Source: a virus. From it: a DNA stretch of 53,202 nucleotides. How positions within the stretch are numbered: the first letter of the stretch is position 1; the number at the start of each line of letters is the position of its first letter. The position numbers and the translations under genes are program-made. The stretch is from IMG/VR virus record IMGVR_UViG_3300045988_160612, positions 1 through 53,202 of that record. The stretch is one strand, 5' to 3'. Shown here piece after piece: positions 38,764-47,663 of the stretch. Below the pieces are notes generated by a model that ran no database searches, had not been told where the DNA came from, and worked only from the letters and a program-made list of their open reading frames with translations.

Positions 38764-41100
38764 TTAATACTTTTGACCTGATACAGCACATTCCAGGTAT
38801 ATCTGTCCGTATTCTGAACGAATCTTAGTAATTACAAAACTTGTACCTCTTTGGATAATAGTTTCATCTTCGGAGCCAAAGTGGTTTTGCTTTTTCTTAC
38901 CGTCCCAGAAGTTTTCATATACATTAGAATTATATTGATTATAATTACTTTTATTTCCACCATAATGGCTCCATGGCTCGGCATATATCATATGAGTTCC
39001 AGCAGGACAGAATATATTCATTTTGTGACCACCAAAACCTGTACCTTTTGTAGTACCACATGACATAAAGCCCTCATCTGTAACAACTTTACCGACTAAA
39101 GACTGCAAATCTTCATTACTTGCATTTATTAACCAGTCTGCTTTTACTCCAAGGAATGAAGCCATACCCTCGTCAGTTCCAACACCACGGTTAAGCCAAT
39201 AGTCTTTGTTATAAAATGATTTAGATATTGCTTCCGTCATTTTGTTAATGTAATACTCACCCTTATCGTTTTCATTATCCAAACTTACCTTTCCAATGCC
39301 TAAGAAATTTGACCAAGAATAATCATATCCCCTAAGTGGACGATTCATAAAGCCCGACCCATATGTATATAAATACAAAGCTTCTTTCTGTGGCTCTGTG
39401 TAGGTATTTTTCCATAACTGAGCTATCTTGCTTCTCAAAGCTGCATCTGCATCTTTAGCATCATAAAACCAAATTCCAGCATCTAATCTTTCTTGACTAT
39501 AAGCATTGCTCAGAATCGCTTTAGATTCTTTGGTTAATAAGCTTTTTACTCCTAAATTATTTACTGTGTCTTTTACCTCTGGAAATTTTAAGTTGTTATT
39601 ATAATATTTTTTTAATTTATATAATACGTCTGTTGTATCATTTGACCAAATTACCTGATTTATTCCTGCATTAGTTTCAAGCATTTTCCAATAATCATAA
39701 TTATTTAAATACTCTGTGGAAGTAAGATTCTGGTATTTATCATATACAAATTCTGCAAATTGCTTTCCACTCTTTGGCATATTCTCAGGACTAAATCCTA
39801 ATGGGGATAACATTTCCTTTTGTATCTCATTAAATACTTTTTCCACTGTTGATTTTTCTTTTGCAGCTAATTCCTTTTCTGCTGCTAACTCAAAGGAATA
39901 TTTAGACACTGATAAATTTTCATTATACCACAATTCCATTTTCTGAAATGGGTGAGCTTCGGAATGCAAATTTAATACATCAAACAACTCTGTTTTTTCT
40001 TCACTAGTAAGTTTATGTGACCACTCAGAAAATTCTGGAGTTGTATATGGATTGTACCCCTTAGTAGCAAGCCACATTTCTTGCAACTCATTATATTGCT
40101 TGTGGAAGTCCTCACCTGTAAGATATGTCATATAGTCATCTAACTGCTCATTATCTTCTCCGTTTACCCAATTAGCTAAGTCATCTGATATAGCATCTAA
40201 ATTCTTAGTTAATACTGCTTCAAATGTACACATTCCATTAGGGTGGTCCATTGGTACACTATTTAAATCATACATCTTGCCATTACGTGATTCACACAGT
40301 TCACAAGTTCTTTCTACCATAGCAGCTCTCCACATGATTTTTTCAACATATGGATTCTGTTTGCAAGTTTCTATGATACTTTGCTGGTAAGCATGAGCCA
40401 CCATTGTACGTGCTAGCCTCTGAGCATTATAATCTACATTTCCAAAATAAAACTTTCCATATTTCCCAGGAATAGGAATCCTTTTACCATTAGCATCTTT
40501 TTTAAACGTACCGTCTGGATTTTTTTCATACTTAGGATATTTTATTACTCTACTTGGTTTGCTCTGTGCTGGAGTAACATATTTTTCTAAGTCTTTTGCT
40601 ATTTCTAATGATGATTTATTTTCTGCTATACCCTTTGACACAATATCAGATAAAACACCTTTAGATTTATTATTGATACCCCAAATAGCACTACTGAAAT
40701 TCCAATCATTTCCATATAACTTACCCGACATAATATTAGCTATTACATCTTGTGGAACATGAGCAACTTTTCCCTCAAATGTCAAACCTAAACCAGATAA
40801 CCAACTTAGATTATTCTGTACTACTGCATTAGATACCTTGTAAACACTTCCTTTTATTAGTTGTGACTGCTGCTCTTCTAATTCTTTTAAATTATGATTT
40901 ATTGATTCTAACAGATGATTTAACTGTGTTTTCCTTAACGATTCAGAGACAGCAAGGGAAGATTTTAGATTCAATTTTGATATTTCATGTAACGTTTCTG
41001 ATTTAGCTTTCTTGTACATCTCTATAATAGCCTTAGAATCATCTGTGGTCAAGTCTGATAAACTTTTATAAGCTTTCCCGAATGTTATCATATTAGCCAT
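38764..41100 (-). CDS. Minor head protein (SPP1 gp7 / Mu F-like) fused to a C-terminal R-S-E ADP-ribosyltransferase domain.
   Basis: The gp7-like block is CELCESRNGKMYDLNSVPMDHPNGMCTF. The ART motifs are FMNRPLRG (Arg), GFMSCGT (STS-like) and SEDETIIQRGTSFVITKI (ExE). Confidence 0.8.
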   Translation of the reverse strand: MANMITFGKAYKSLSDLTTDDSKAIIEMYKKAKSETLHEISKLNLKSSLAVSESLRKTQLNHLLESINHNLKELEEQQSQLIKGSVYKVSNAVVQNNLSWLSGLGLTFEGKVAHVPQDVIANIMSGKLYGNDWNFSSAIWGINNKSKGVLSDIVSKGIAENKSSLEIAKDLEKYVTPAQSKPSRVIKYPKYEKNPDGTFKKDANGKRIPIPGKYGKFYFGNVDYNAQRLARTMVAHAYQQSIIETCKQNPYVEKIMWRAAMVERTCELCESRNGKMYDLNSVPMDHPNGMCTFEAVLTKNLDAISDDLANWVNGEDNEQLDDYMTYLTGEDFHKQYNELQEMWLATKGYNPYTTPEFSEWSHKLTSEEKTELFDVLNLHSEAHPFQKMELWYNENLSVSKYSFELAAEKELAAKEKSTVEKVFNEIQKEMLSPLGFSPENMPKSGKQFAEFVYDKYQNLTSTEYLNNYDYWKMLETNAGINQVIWSNDTTDVLYKLKKYYNNNLKFPEVKDTVNNLGVKSLLTKESKAILSNAYSQERLDAGIWFYDAKDADAALRSKIAQLWKNTYTEPQKEALYLYTYGSGFMNRPLRGYDYSWSNFLGIGKVSLDNENDKGEYYINKMTEAISKSFYNKDYWLNRGVGTDEGMASFLGVKADWLINASNEDLQSLVGKVVTDEGFMSCGTTKGTGFGGHKMNIFCPAGTHMIYAEPWSHYGGNKSNYNQYNSNVYENFWDGKKKQNHFGSEDETIIQRGTSFVITKIRSEYGQIYLECAVSGQKY

Positions 41101-41143
41101 AAGCGCTCCTTATACGTTAACCTGGTGCATCTCAGATGGGGCT

Positions 41144-42625
41144 TTAATTATTGTTGTTAAATGTGTTAGGAGTGGGGAAAAATGAATCATCTAACATCTG
41201 TCTTTCAAGAGCTATTTGCTTGATTTCATCATCTGCTTCCTGGTCGGTCAAATTTCTCCATTTCTTCATATATGCTTTCTTTGACATTGTTTGGTTGGAA
41301 ACTTCCTCAAGGTCTAAGGTCTTTTCCTCGTTCTCATCTTCTGGAAGTGGATATTGATTTACTATATCTATAGTATAATCCACTTGCTGCAATGGAGTAT
41401 CAATATAAATTTTAGCAATATCAGGGTACAATAAAGCGCCATCAATAAGGCATTTGATAATCAGTTCAAGTTCATATTTCCAAGACATCATTTTTTCATC
41501 ACATCTAACAATTAAGCCCCAATAAATAGCTTTTAATGTTTTACCAGATGTAACAATTCCTTTCAAGTCATCTGCACTAATTTGTGGCATATCTATAGTT
41601 TCATACATTGTGTCATTTATACGACTGAGTGTTGTATCTAATGACTGACTATATGACATCTGAGATTCTAAGATACCTAAATCACCTGTTGTGGAATCGT
41701 CAGTGCTTTTGTCAGATGATAAATCCCAGAACGAACCAGGAGCTATAGGCAAGTCCTTAGTCGATTCGGGAGACATATCCCTAACCCATCTAATAGGGCT
41801 CATAGACTGTCTTTCTGCATCAATATCCTTGTTTGATAATTTACTGTAGTATTGCTCATAATCAAACAAATTAGCTACCTCTGATTCTCCACTATTATCA
41901 TTTAATAATCCATCGTTAAGAATTACAACAGCAGGAATATATTCAAACTTTGTTGCTGCATCTTCTATGATAACTTCCACAAGACTTCCTGCACCATCAT
42001 ATATAGCTTCCGTTACATGACATAAATTATCTTCTGCCATATAATATTTCTTTTTATATATTCTTTGGTCTGCTGCATTATTAGCATCGTTCATAGAATA
42101 AAATGTAATTATCTTTGCCAGCCTATTGTACTTATCTACTTCATAGACAAATTCTAAGGACGGGATAAAGCTAACAACTATTCCAGCATCATTAAAATTA
42201 CACACAATAGCTATACGTTTTCCTATTAAACAATCTCTTGCGGATTTAACTAATGTAGCATTAAAATGGTTTTCTTTTAACACCTCACTAATATACTTCC
42301 TATAAGTATCAATCTTAGTATCATTAGCTTCATTTGGCGTTACTGCTTTTAAATTGATATCAGGAGATTTAGCAAACATAAACCTTGATTCCTTGTCAAT
42401 CAATCCTCTTATCTTTTTATAGTGCATATCTGAGGGAACAAAATCCTCTGTGCTTGTAACAGGAAAATCAGCACCCCATTGATATATATTATAATACTTT
42501 ATAATCTCCCCAAATTCAGCTAATAAAGCATTACCATATACACCAGATATTTCCTCAGTTATCAAATTCCTTGGAACCCAAGGTCTTAAAATCCTTTTAA
42601 ATATATCAGTTGCAAAATTATCCAT
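41144..42625 (-). CDS. Portal protein (SPP1 gp6-like).
   Basis: 493 aa, between TerL and the gp7-like gene, with an acidic C-terminal region. Confidence 0.8.
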   Translation of the reverse strand: MDNFATDIFKRILRPWVPRNLITEEISGVYGNALLAEFGEIIKYYNIYQWGADFPVTSTEDFVPSDMHYKKIRGLIDKESRFMFAKSPDINLKAVTPNEANDTKIDTYRKYISEVLKENHFNATLVKSARDCLIGKRIAIVCNFNDAGIVVSFIPSLEFVYEVDKYNRLAKIITFYSMNDANNAADQRIYKKKYYMAEDNLCHVTEAIYDGAGSLVEVIIEDAATKFEYIPAVVILNDGLLNDNSGESEVANLFDYEQYYSKLSNKDIDAERQSMSPIRWVRDMSPESTKDLPIAPGSFWDLSSDKSTDDSTTGDLGILESQMSYSQSLDTTLSRINDTMYETIDMPQISADDLKGIVTSGKTLKAIYWGLIVRCDEKMMSWKYELELIIKCLIDGALLYPDIAKIYIDTPLQQVDYTIDIVNQYPLPEDENEEKTLDLEEVSNQTMSKKAYMKKWRNLTDQEADDEIKQIALERQMLDDSFFPTPNTFNNNN

Positions 42626-42628
42626 ATA

Positions 42629-43996
42629 TCAATACCTGCTTCCTTTTCTCGTATTTGTTGTTATTTCCTTAGGGTCAGCTATATCAACTCTATCTAACGC
42701 ATACCAAATAGCTGATAATGTATGTGGGTCAATATTAAAATCATCATATACTAAATTACCTTGCTTATCCTTTTTATACGTTAGATTTTTTAATTCCCTT
42801 ATTACGTTAATACAACATGGGGCACAAATGATTCTTTTAAATCTTTTAACTTTTTTAGTATAACTTAATCTACTTCCTGCAAACTTCTTAGCTCCACGCA
42901 TTCTATATCCCATATCGTTATAAAACTTTATTGCCTTAGGGTCCTCACTATCTGCTATTATATTATATTTCTTAAATTTCTTAAATTGTTCATCATTAGC
43001 CGTTTCCATATCTGTCATGTGGTTTTTATAATATTCCCTATAAATATATAATATCTTATTTTCCTTATCCACTGCTACATTAACTAAAGCATTATAAGAT
43101 TCCTCAAATCCAAAGTCCATTCCTGTAAATATATTTCTTGCTCCTAAATCTCTTACTTTTTCATATACTTCCTTGTTAGTTTCTGCTACTTCAAACTGAG
43201 GCAATACCCGCATTCCATTGGCGCCAAATTTGCCTAATTTAGCTACTCTGTATAAATCAATATCATATGACTTCATATCCTCTAATCTGTCCAAATATGC
43301 TTGCGGTAAATAGGGATTATCTTCTGGGATAGAATGATGATAATATGTTTTTCCTAACCTTATAACTTTCTTTTCGTATAACTCTTCATCATCTAAAATA
43401 ACTTGCTCTTTTCCTAAATTATCAACTCGCTTGAAAAACATACGATATACCCAGTTATTTTTATCCACTGGATTAAATGTTAAAATAAAGTGCATTGATA
43501 AATCTGGGCATCTTACACGACCTAAAAGCTCATTATAACCTGCTGCTTTTACCTCACTTGCTTCCTCTATCCATACAATAGAGACATTATTTATAGACTT
43601 TACCTTTTCTGGATTATCCATTCCTTTAAATATGATTCTGGAACCATTAGGGAATTTAAACTGCAAAGGGGATTTGTGAGCAACCACCTTTGTCTTTGCT
43701 ATTTGCCTATTTCCACGCCCTATTTCTAACATATCCATATCATCTAATATTTCATATAATAAACTATAACAACTTTCAAATATAGTATCAAAAACTTCTC
43801 TAACAACTAAAACTGTACGTTTTTCCTGAAAACATTTTAAAACAATTTTTAATGCTGTATTATAACTTTTACTGCTTCCATAGCCTCCACAAACTACATA
43901 TATTTCAGAATCCCAATCAAAAATATAATCATAAAATCTAGGGGCTACTTCCTTATTTACCTGTTTAGGCTCGCTTTTTCTTTGCTGTCTTACCAC
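42629..43996 (-). CDS. terL: Terminase large subunit.
   Basis: VVCGGYGSSKSYNTA is Walker A-like and VSIVWIEEASE is Walker B. The C-terminal nuclease half and the synteny also agree. Confidence 0.9.
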   Translation of the reverse strand: MVRQQRKSEPKQVNKEVAPRFYDYIFDWDSEIYVVCGGYGSSKSYNTALKIVLKCFQEKRTVLVVREVFDTIFESCYSLLYEILDDMDMLEIGRGNRQIAKTKVVAHKSPLQFKFPNGSRIIFKGMDNPEKVKSINNVSIVWIEEASEVKAAGYNELLGRVRCPDLSMHFILTFNPVDKNNWVYRMFFKRVDNLGKEQVILDDEELYEKKVIRLGKTYYHHSIPEDNPYLPQAYLDRLEDMKSYDIDLYRVAKLGKFGANGMRVLPQFEVAETNKEVYEKVRDLGARNIFTGMDFGFEESYNALVNVAVDKENKILYIYREYYKNHMTDMETANDEQFKKFKKYNIIADSEDPKAIKFYNDMGYRMRGAKKFAGSRLSYTKKVKRFKRIICAPCCINVIRELKNLTYKKDKQGNLVYDDFNIDPHTLSAIWYALDRVDIADPKEITTNTRKGSRY

Positions 43997-44474
43997 TTAC
44001 ATTTTTCACCTCTATTTCCTCATCTGGGCTTCTTTTCTTAATGATATTTATTTGTACACTACCTTCGTTTTCAGATATTGTATAATTATCTCTATTTCGT
44101 TTCCATTCATCAGGTTTTCTATTATTTAACCATATGGCACAGGCTGTAACATCAGGTGGCATATATTTTTTAACTTTCTTTTCTGAAATAACTATACCAT
44201 CTTTTCTGATTCTTTCAGTTTCCACATAATCATAACCCAAGCAGCGTTTAAGAAGCGCATTTTCCACCATTCTATCTACTACTTCTTTACCTTTTACCAT
44301 TGCTTCAGCAAATTCAGGATATCTTGATATCCACTTGTATAATGTACTATAGCTAATACCTATTAACTCACAAACATCTCTATCAGAGGCTCCATCTCTG
44401 CACCAACCTTCTAATAAGATTAAATTTTCTTTACTGTACCACTCTTTATATGTGGTCCCTTTCTTTTGCTCCAT
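43965..44474 (-). CDS. terS: Terminase small subunit.
   Basis: The HTH is DRDVCELIGISYSTLYKWISRYPEF, followed by ALLKRCLGYDY. It overlaps terL. Confidence 0.75.
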   Translation of the reverse strand: MEQKKGTTYKEWYSKENLILLEGWCRDGASDRDVCELIGISYSTLYKWISRYPEFAEAMVKGKEVVDRMVENALLKRCLGYDYVETERIRKDGIVISEKKVKKYMPPDVTACAIWLNNRKPDEWKRNRDNYTISENEGSVQINIIKKRSPDEEIEVKNVSGKTAKKKRA

Positions 44475-44537
44475 ATTGTTGATTATTCCCTCCTATAATA
44501 AATTTAAAATATTATACAAATTGTATTCATTAACAAA

Positions 44538-44633
44538 GAGACCACCAGGATGCACCAGGATTAACTTTAAATTTTTATAATATAATTCCATTACACTATA
44601 TATTAAAGTTAATCCAGCTTAATCCTGGTGGTC
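44538..44633 (-). repeat. CCAGGAT-family long hairpin with two nested perfect 13-bp inverted repeats, immediately upstream of terS.
   Basis: The outer pair is agaccaccaggat / atcctggtggtct. The inner pair is ggattaactttaa (44557-69) / ttaaagttaatcc (44602-14). Confidence 0.85.
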
Positions 44634-44659
44634 TTTGCTTATATTATATGCTTTGATAT

Positions 44660-44830
44660 TTACTTGATATATGCTTTAAATAATTTTGATTCCTTTAAAC
44701 TCATTTCTTCAATTGTATATTCCCCTCTGCCAAATTTACCTTCGATATGCTTCTTTACTTTGGCTATGCTTGGAAAACGTTTTTGGTCAATTTTCTTTCC
44801 ATTTTTATCATATATTTTATAAACTCTCAC
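44660..44830 (-). CDS. Possible 56-aa protein (GTG start).
   Basis: GAGGGAGATAGG precedes the GTG. The translation is (M)RVYKIYDKNGKKIDQKRFPSIAKVKKHIEGKFGRGEYTIEEMSLKESKLFKAYIK. It is not in the track. Confidence 0.4.
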   Translation of the reverse strand: MRVYKIYDKNGKKIDQKRFPSIAKVKKHIEGKFGRGEYTIEEMSLKESKLFKAYIK

Positions 44831-44866
44831 CCTATCTCCCTCTTTTTAATTATTGAAAACTCTGCT

Positions 44867-45235
44867 TCAAGTTTCCTTGTCATTGAGTTTATCTTGTTGC
44901 ATTTTAGCTAAACTTTTTACCCTTAAAGCTAATTCCTTCCTATAAGCTTTCATTCTGCATACTTCACAATTATTTTCCTCATTGATAAAAAATGCATGAT
45001 GAAATTCTTTGCATATCATGCACCTATGAGAAGCAAGCTGTTTTTCATCAAATGTAAAAAATATGATTAAATTTATGGACCTGCCATCTTGTTGTTTTTC
45101 AAACTTAAAAGTGAAGTTGTCGTTCTTAATAAATTTTCCAAGGTATTTTATAGCTTGCATATATGAATCCTTATAATTATAAGAACTAAACAATTTCTCA
45201 CTTATTTTTTGGGAGACTAACATTATAAGTGGCAC
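44867..45235 (-). CDS. Hypothetical Cys/His-containing protein. The start is uncertain.
   Basis: HRCMICKEFHH...CEVCRMKAY. The track start overlaps the RNase H gene by 38 nt, and an alternative ATG lies at 45160. Confidence 0.45.
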   Translation of the reverse strand: MPLIMLVSQKISEKLFSSYNYKDSYMQAIKYLGKFIKNDNFTFKFEKQQDGRSINLIIFFTFDEKQLASHRCMICKEFHHAFFINEENNCEVCRMKAYRKELALRVKSLAKMQQDKLNDKET

Positions 45236-45719
45236 CTCCAGTTAAGTTTTCCATTTCTATATCTTGGCAAGCTTTTACAGCCAGGGAATCAACTAACTCA
45301 TTAAACTTTTCTCCTGAATGCCCCTTTACTTTCTGCATTATTATCTCAACATCGTTAGAACAATCAAGAAATTTTTTCCAAAGGTCTTTGTTCTTAACCG
45401 GTTGCTTGCTGGAAGTTACCCACCCTTTGTTAATCCAATTTCTTATCCAGTTTTTATTATATGCCTCTACAACATAGGCTGAATCTGAGAAAATATTGAT
45501 TTTATTTATTCCATGAGATTTAGCAAGATTTACTGCTTCTATCACTGCCGTTAATTCCATCCTGTTATTAGTTGTATAGGCTTCTCCTCCATAATAGGCA
45601 GATAAAATCTTTTGCTTAGAATCAAGAAACACTATTCCATATCCACCAACCCCGGGATTATAACTACAAGCTCCATCAGTATAGCAATATATTTCCTTTT
45701 TTACTTTTTCCTCACTCAT
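45198..45719 (-). CDS. rnhA: Ribonuclease HI.
   Basis: YTDGACSYNPGVGGYG, TNNRMELTAV, FSDSAYV and KVKGHSGEKFNELVDSLA supply the DEDD catalytic pattern. Confidence 0.9.
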   Translation of the reverse strand: MSEEKVKKEIYCYTDGACSYNPGVGGYGIVFLDSKQKILSAYYGGEAYTTNNRMELTAVIEAVNLAKSHGINKINIFSDSAYVVEAYNKNWIRNWINKGWVTSSKQPVKNKDLWKKFLDCSNDVEIIMQKVKGHSGEKFNELVDSLAVKACQDIEMENLTGGATYNVSLPKNK

Positions 45720-46287
45720 TTTCTATTTCCTCTGCTGATTCAAAAAGCTTATCAACTTCTTCCTGAGAATGTAAGATTATCCTCTCAACTTCTGGCACAT
45801 TATAAGGAAATGTTACGGGAACTTTACTTGCACTACAAGAAAACCAAGATTCTCCATTATCATCTGAGAACACCTTGCCGTTAATATTGTAAGCTGTTGC
45901 ATTATCATTACAAACTCTAAAAATGCTTGGACATCTCTTATTCTGCTGTACACTTGCTTTATCCCCATAGAAATCACTAACATCTTTCCACTCTTCCTCA
46001 GAGCCAGTAAGAGCTGTCAGTGGCTTGTATTCCACAAGTGTTTTAAACAAACTCATAACAAAACCGATAGACAAGCCCGAGTGGCCTTGCTCATCGATAA
46101 CCTTGATAAGCTCCATAACATTTTCTTTTGCAAATTTAGCAGCTTTACATTCAAATGTTCTTGTTTTTGCTGCATCTTCTACAGTCTCAATATAAGAATC
46201 TTCCTTGATATAATCCTCAAGTGGCTTATCCTCTATATTTTTGATAAAAATATCAAGCTCATTTTCTGCAAACTGTACAATACTCAT
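45712..46287 (-). CDS. Hypothetical protein.
   Basis: 191-aa ORF. Confidence 0.5.
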   Translation of the reverse strand: MSIVQFAENELDIFIKNIEDKPLEDYIKEDSYIETVEDAAKTRTFECKAAKFAKENVMELIKVIDEQGHSGLSIGFVMSLFKTLVEYKPLTALTGSEEEWKDVSDFYGDKASVQQNKRCPSIFRVCNDNATAYNINGKVFSDDNGESWFSCSASKVPVTFPYNVPEVERIILHSQEEVDKLFESAEEIENE

Positions 46288-46289
46288 TT

Positions 46290-46649
46290 TTACTCATTTC
46301 CTTTCTTAGCATATAAATAAATACAAACTATGGCCTTTTTAAATAACTCATCAAAAGTGCTTGCGTAAATAGTAAAACATAAATTTCTTTTTTCATCTCT
46401 TTTCAGAACCGAGGAAGTAAAGAATATTTCACCATTTGAATTTTTAGAATTAAAAATATAACTGATTCCCAATCCAGTCTTTCTGCTTAACTTCTCGTAA
46501 AGCTTAAAAAGCTGGTCAACTGTTAAATCCTTGTCACTAAATTTCTCCATAAAGGGAATTTTGTTGTACAAAAATTTATCTAAGTTTTCTTTGTTTTTTG
46601 GAATTTTACAATCCAAAATATTTATCTTATCATATGTAATTTTGGCCAT
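46290..46649 (-). CDS. Hypothetical protein.
   Basis: 119-aa ORF. Confidence 0.5.
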   Translation of the reverse strand: MAKITYDKINILDCKIPKNKENLDKFLYNKIPFMEKFSDKDLTVDQLFKLYEKLSRKTGLGISYIFNSKNSNGEIFFTSSVLKRDEKRNLCFTIYASTFDELFKKAIVCIYLYAKKGNE

Positions 46650-46674
46650 TTTATCACCTAAACTTGTTAAAATA

Positions 46675-46721
46675 AAAGTCGCCCTTAGCCCAGAATAAAC
46701 ACTGAACTATTGGGCGACTTT
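46675..46721 (-). terminator. Hairpin (10-bp stem, 27-nt loop) followed by U-rich sequence.
   Basis: aaagtcgccc / gggcgacttt. The minus strand continues TATTTTAAC. Confidence 0.4.
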
Positions 46722-46757
46722 GTTTTCATTTAAGAATATTACTTTTTATTTACTTAC

Positions 46758-47216
46758 TTAGATATCCCAATCATCATCGTCATCTTCGTCCTTTGCCTTC
46801 TTCTTAGACTTAGGGGCTTCCTTAGCAGCAGGAGCCTTCTTCTTGGACTTAGGCTTTACCTCTTCTTCCTCTTCCTCCTCATCGTCACCCTCGTCTTCAT
46901 CTTCTTCCTCGGGTTCAACCTTCTTCTTAGACTTCTTTGCGGGCTTTTCCTCAGCCTTCTTCTTGGGCTTTGCTTCTTCCTCCTCATCGTCAGAATCTTC
47001 TTCTGACTCAGCAGATGTATCAACGTCACCCTTAAGAATTGCCTCAATCTTTCTTGCTGAAATGTACTCGGGAATTGCCTCGATAATTCCTACAGGATTA
47101 GAGGCTGCCATGAATACAAAGAGGGGGAATCTTCTACCGATATCCTGAATAGCTGCCTTATCCTTACCCTCACGAATTACCTTTACAGCCTCAGCTGTAG
47201 ACCAGTTCTTTGCCAT
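46758..47216 (-). CDS. Hypothetical protein with a structured N-terminal ~65 aa and an extreme alternating acidic and basic tail.
   Basis: The tail runs SEEDSDDEEEEAKPKKKAEEKPAKKSKKK...DEDDDDDWDI. The RBS is AGGAGGAATTTAATT. Confidence 0.55.
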   Translation of the reverse strand: MAKNWSTAEAVKVIREGKDKAAIQDIGRRFPLFVFMAASNPVGIIEAIPEYISARKIEAILKGDVDTSAESEEDSDDEEEEAKPKKKAEEKPAKKSKKKVEPEEEDEDEGDDEEEEEEEVKPKSKKKAPAAKEAPKSKKKAKDEDDDDDWDI

Positions 47217-47265
47217 AATTAAATTCCTCCTAAAAAATATTTTTGTTTAATTTATTAGTGGTTAT

Positions 47266-47324
47266 CCACCGACCGAGGTTTCCCTCGGTTTCGTCTTAAT
47301 TTTCAAAGAACTCATCAGGGTGGC
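47266..47324 (-). ncRNA. Hammerhead self-cleaving ribozyme, type I topology. Predicted cleavage between 47271 and 47270.
   Basis: The minus strand reads GCCACC-CUGAUGA-G[U]UCUU-UGAAAAUU-AAGAC-GAAA-CCGAGG-GAAA-CCUCGG-U-C/GGUGG. All invariant core positions, G10.1-C11.1, A15.1-U16.1 and the GUC cleavage triplet are present. Confidence 0.85.
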
Positions 47325-47329
47325 TTTTA

Positions 47330-47518
47330 TTACTTTACATAATAAGAAATAAAACGATAATTTGTACTCTTAGGATTATGAGAATAAACTACATATCCAG
47401 TTCCGAATCTTCCAGAATACTCTGTGATTGTCTCACCTTTAACTGACTGATAACCTCTGCAAAGAGAAGTGTGGTGAAGAGTGTAGCCTGCATTTTTGAT
47501 TTCATTAACTGTTTTCAT
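47330..47518 (-). CDS. Hypothetical small protein.
   Basis: 62 aa. The RBS is ACGGAGGTAATTAAAA. Confidence 0.5.
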   Translation of the reverse strand: MKTVNEIKNAGYTLHHTSLCRGYQSVKGETITEYSGRFGTGYVVYSHNPKSTNYRFISYYVK

Positions 47519-47663
47519 TTTTAATTACCTCCGTAAACTTGAAACTTATTTTTGATTTAAGTTTTGTTTTTGTTTTGTTATTTTAATTATACACTTTAAT
47601 TGTTAATAAATTTATATGAATTATATTAACATACTGTAAATTTAACAAGAATTTAGATTATTT

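Noticed and set aside
47258-47300. The CCGAGG-GAAA-CCUCGG hairpin as a simple terminator or attenuator.
   Set aside because: No U-tract follows it on the transcribed strand. It fits exactly as helix III of the hammerhead, which explains it better.
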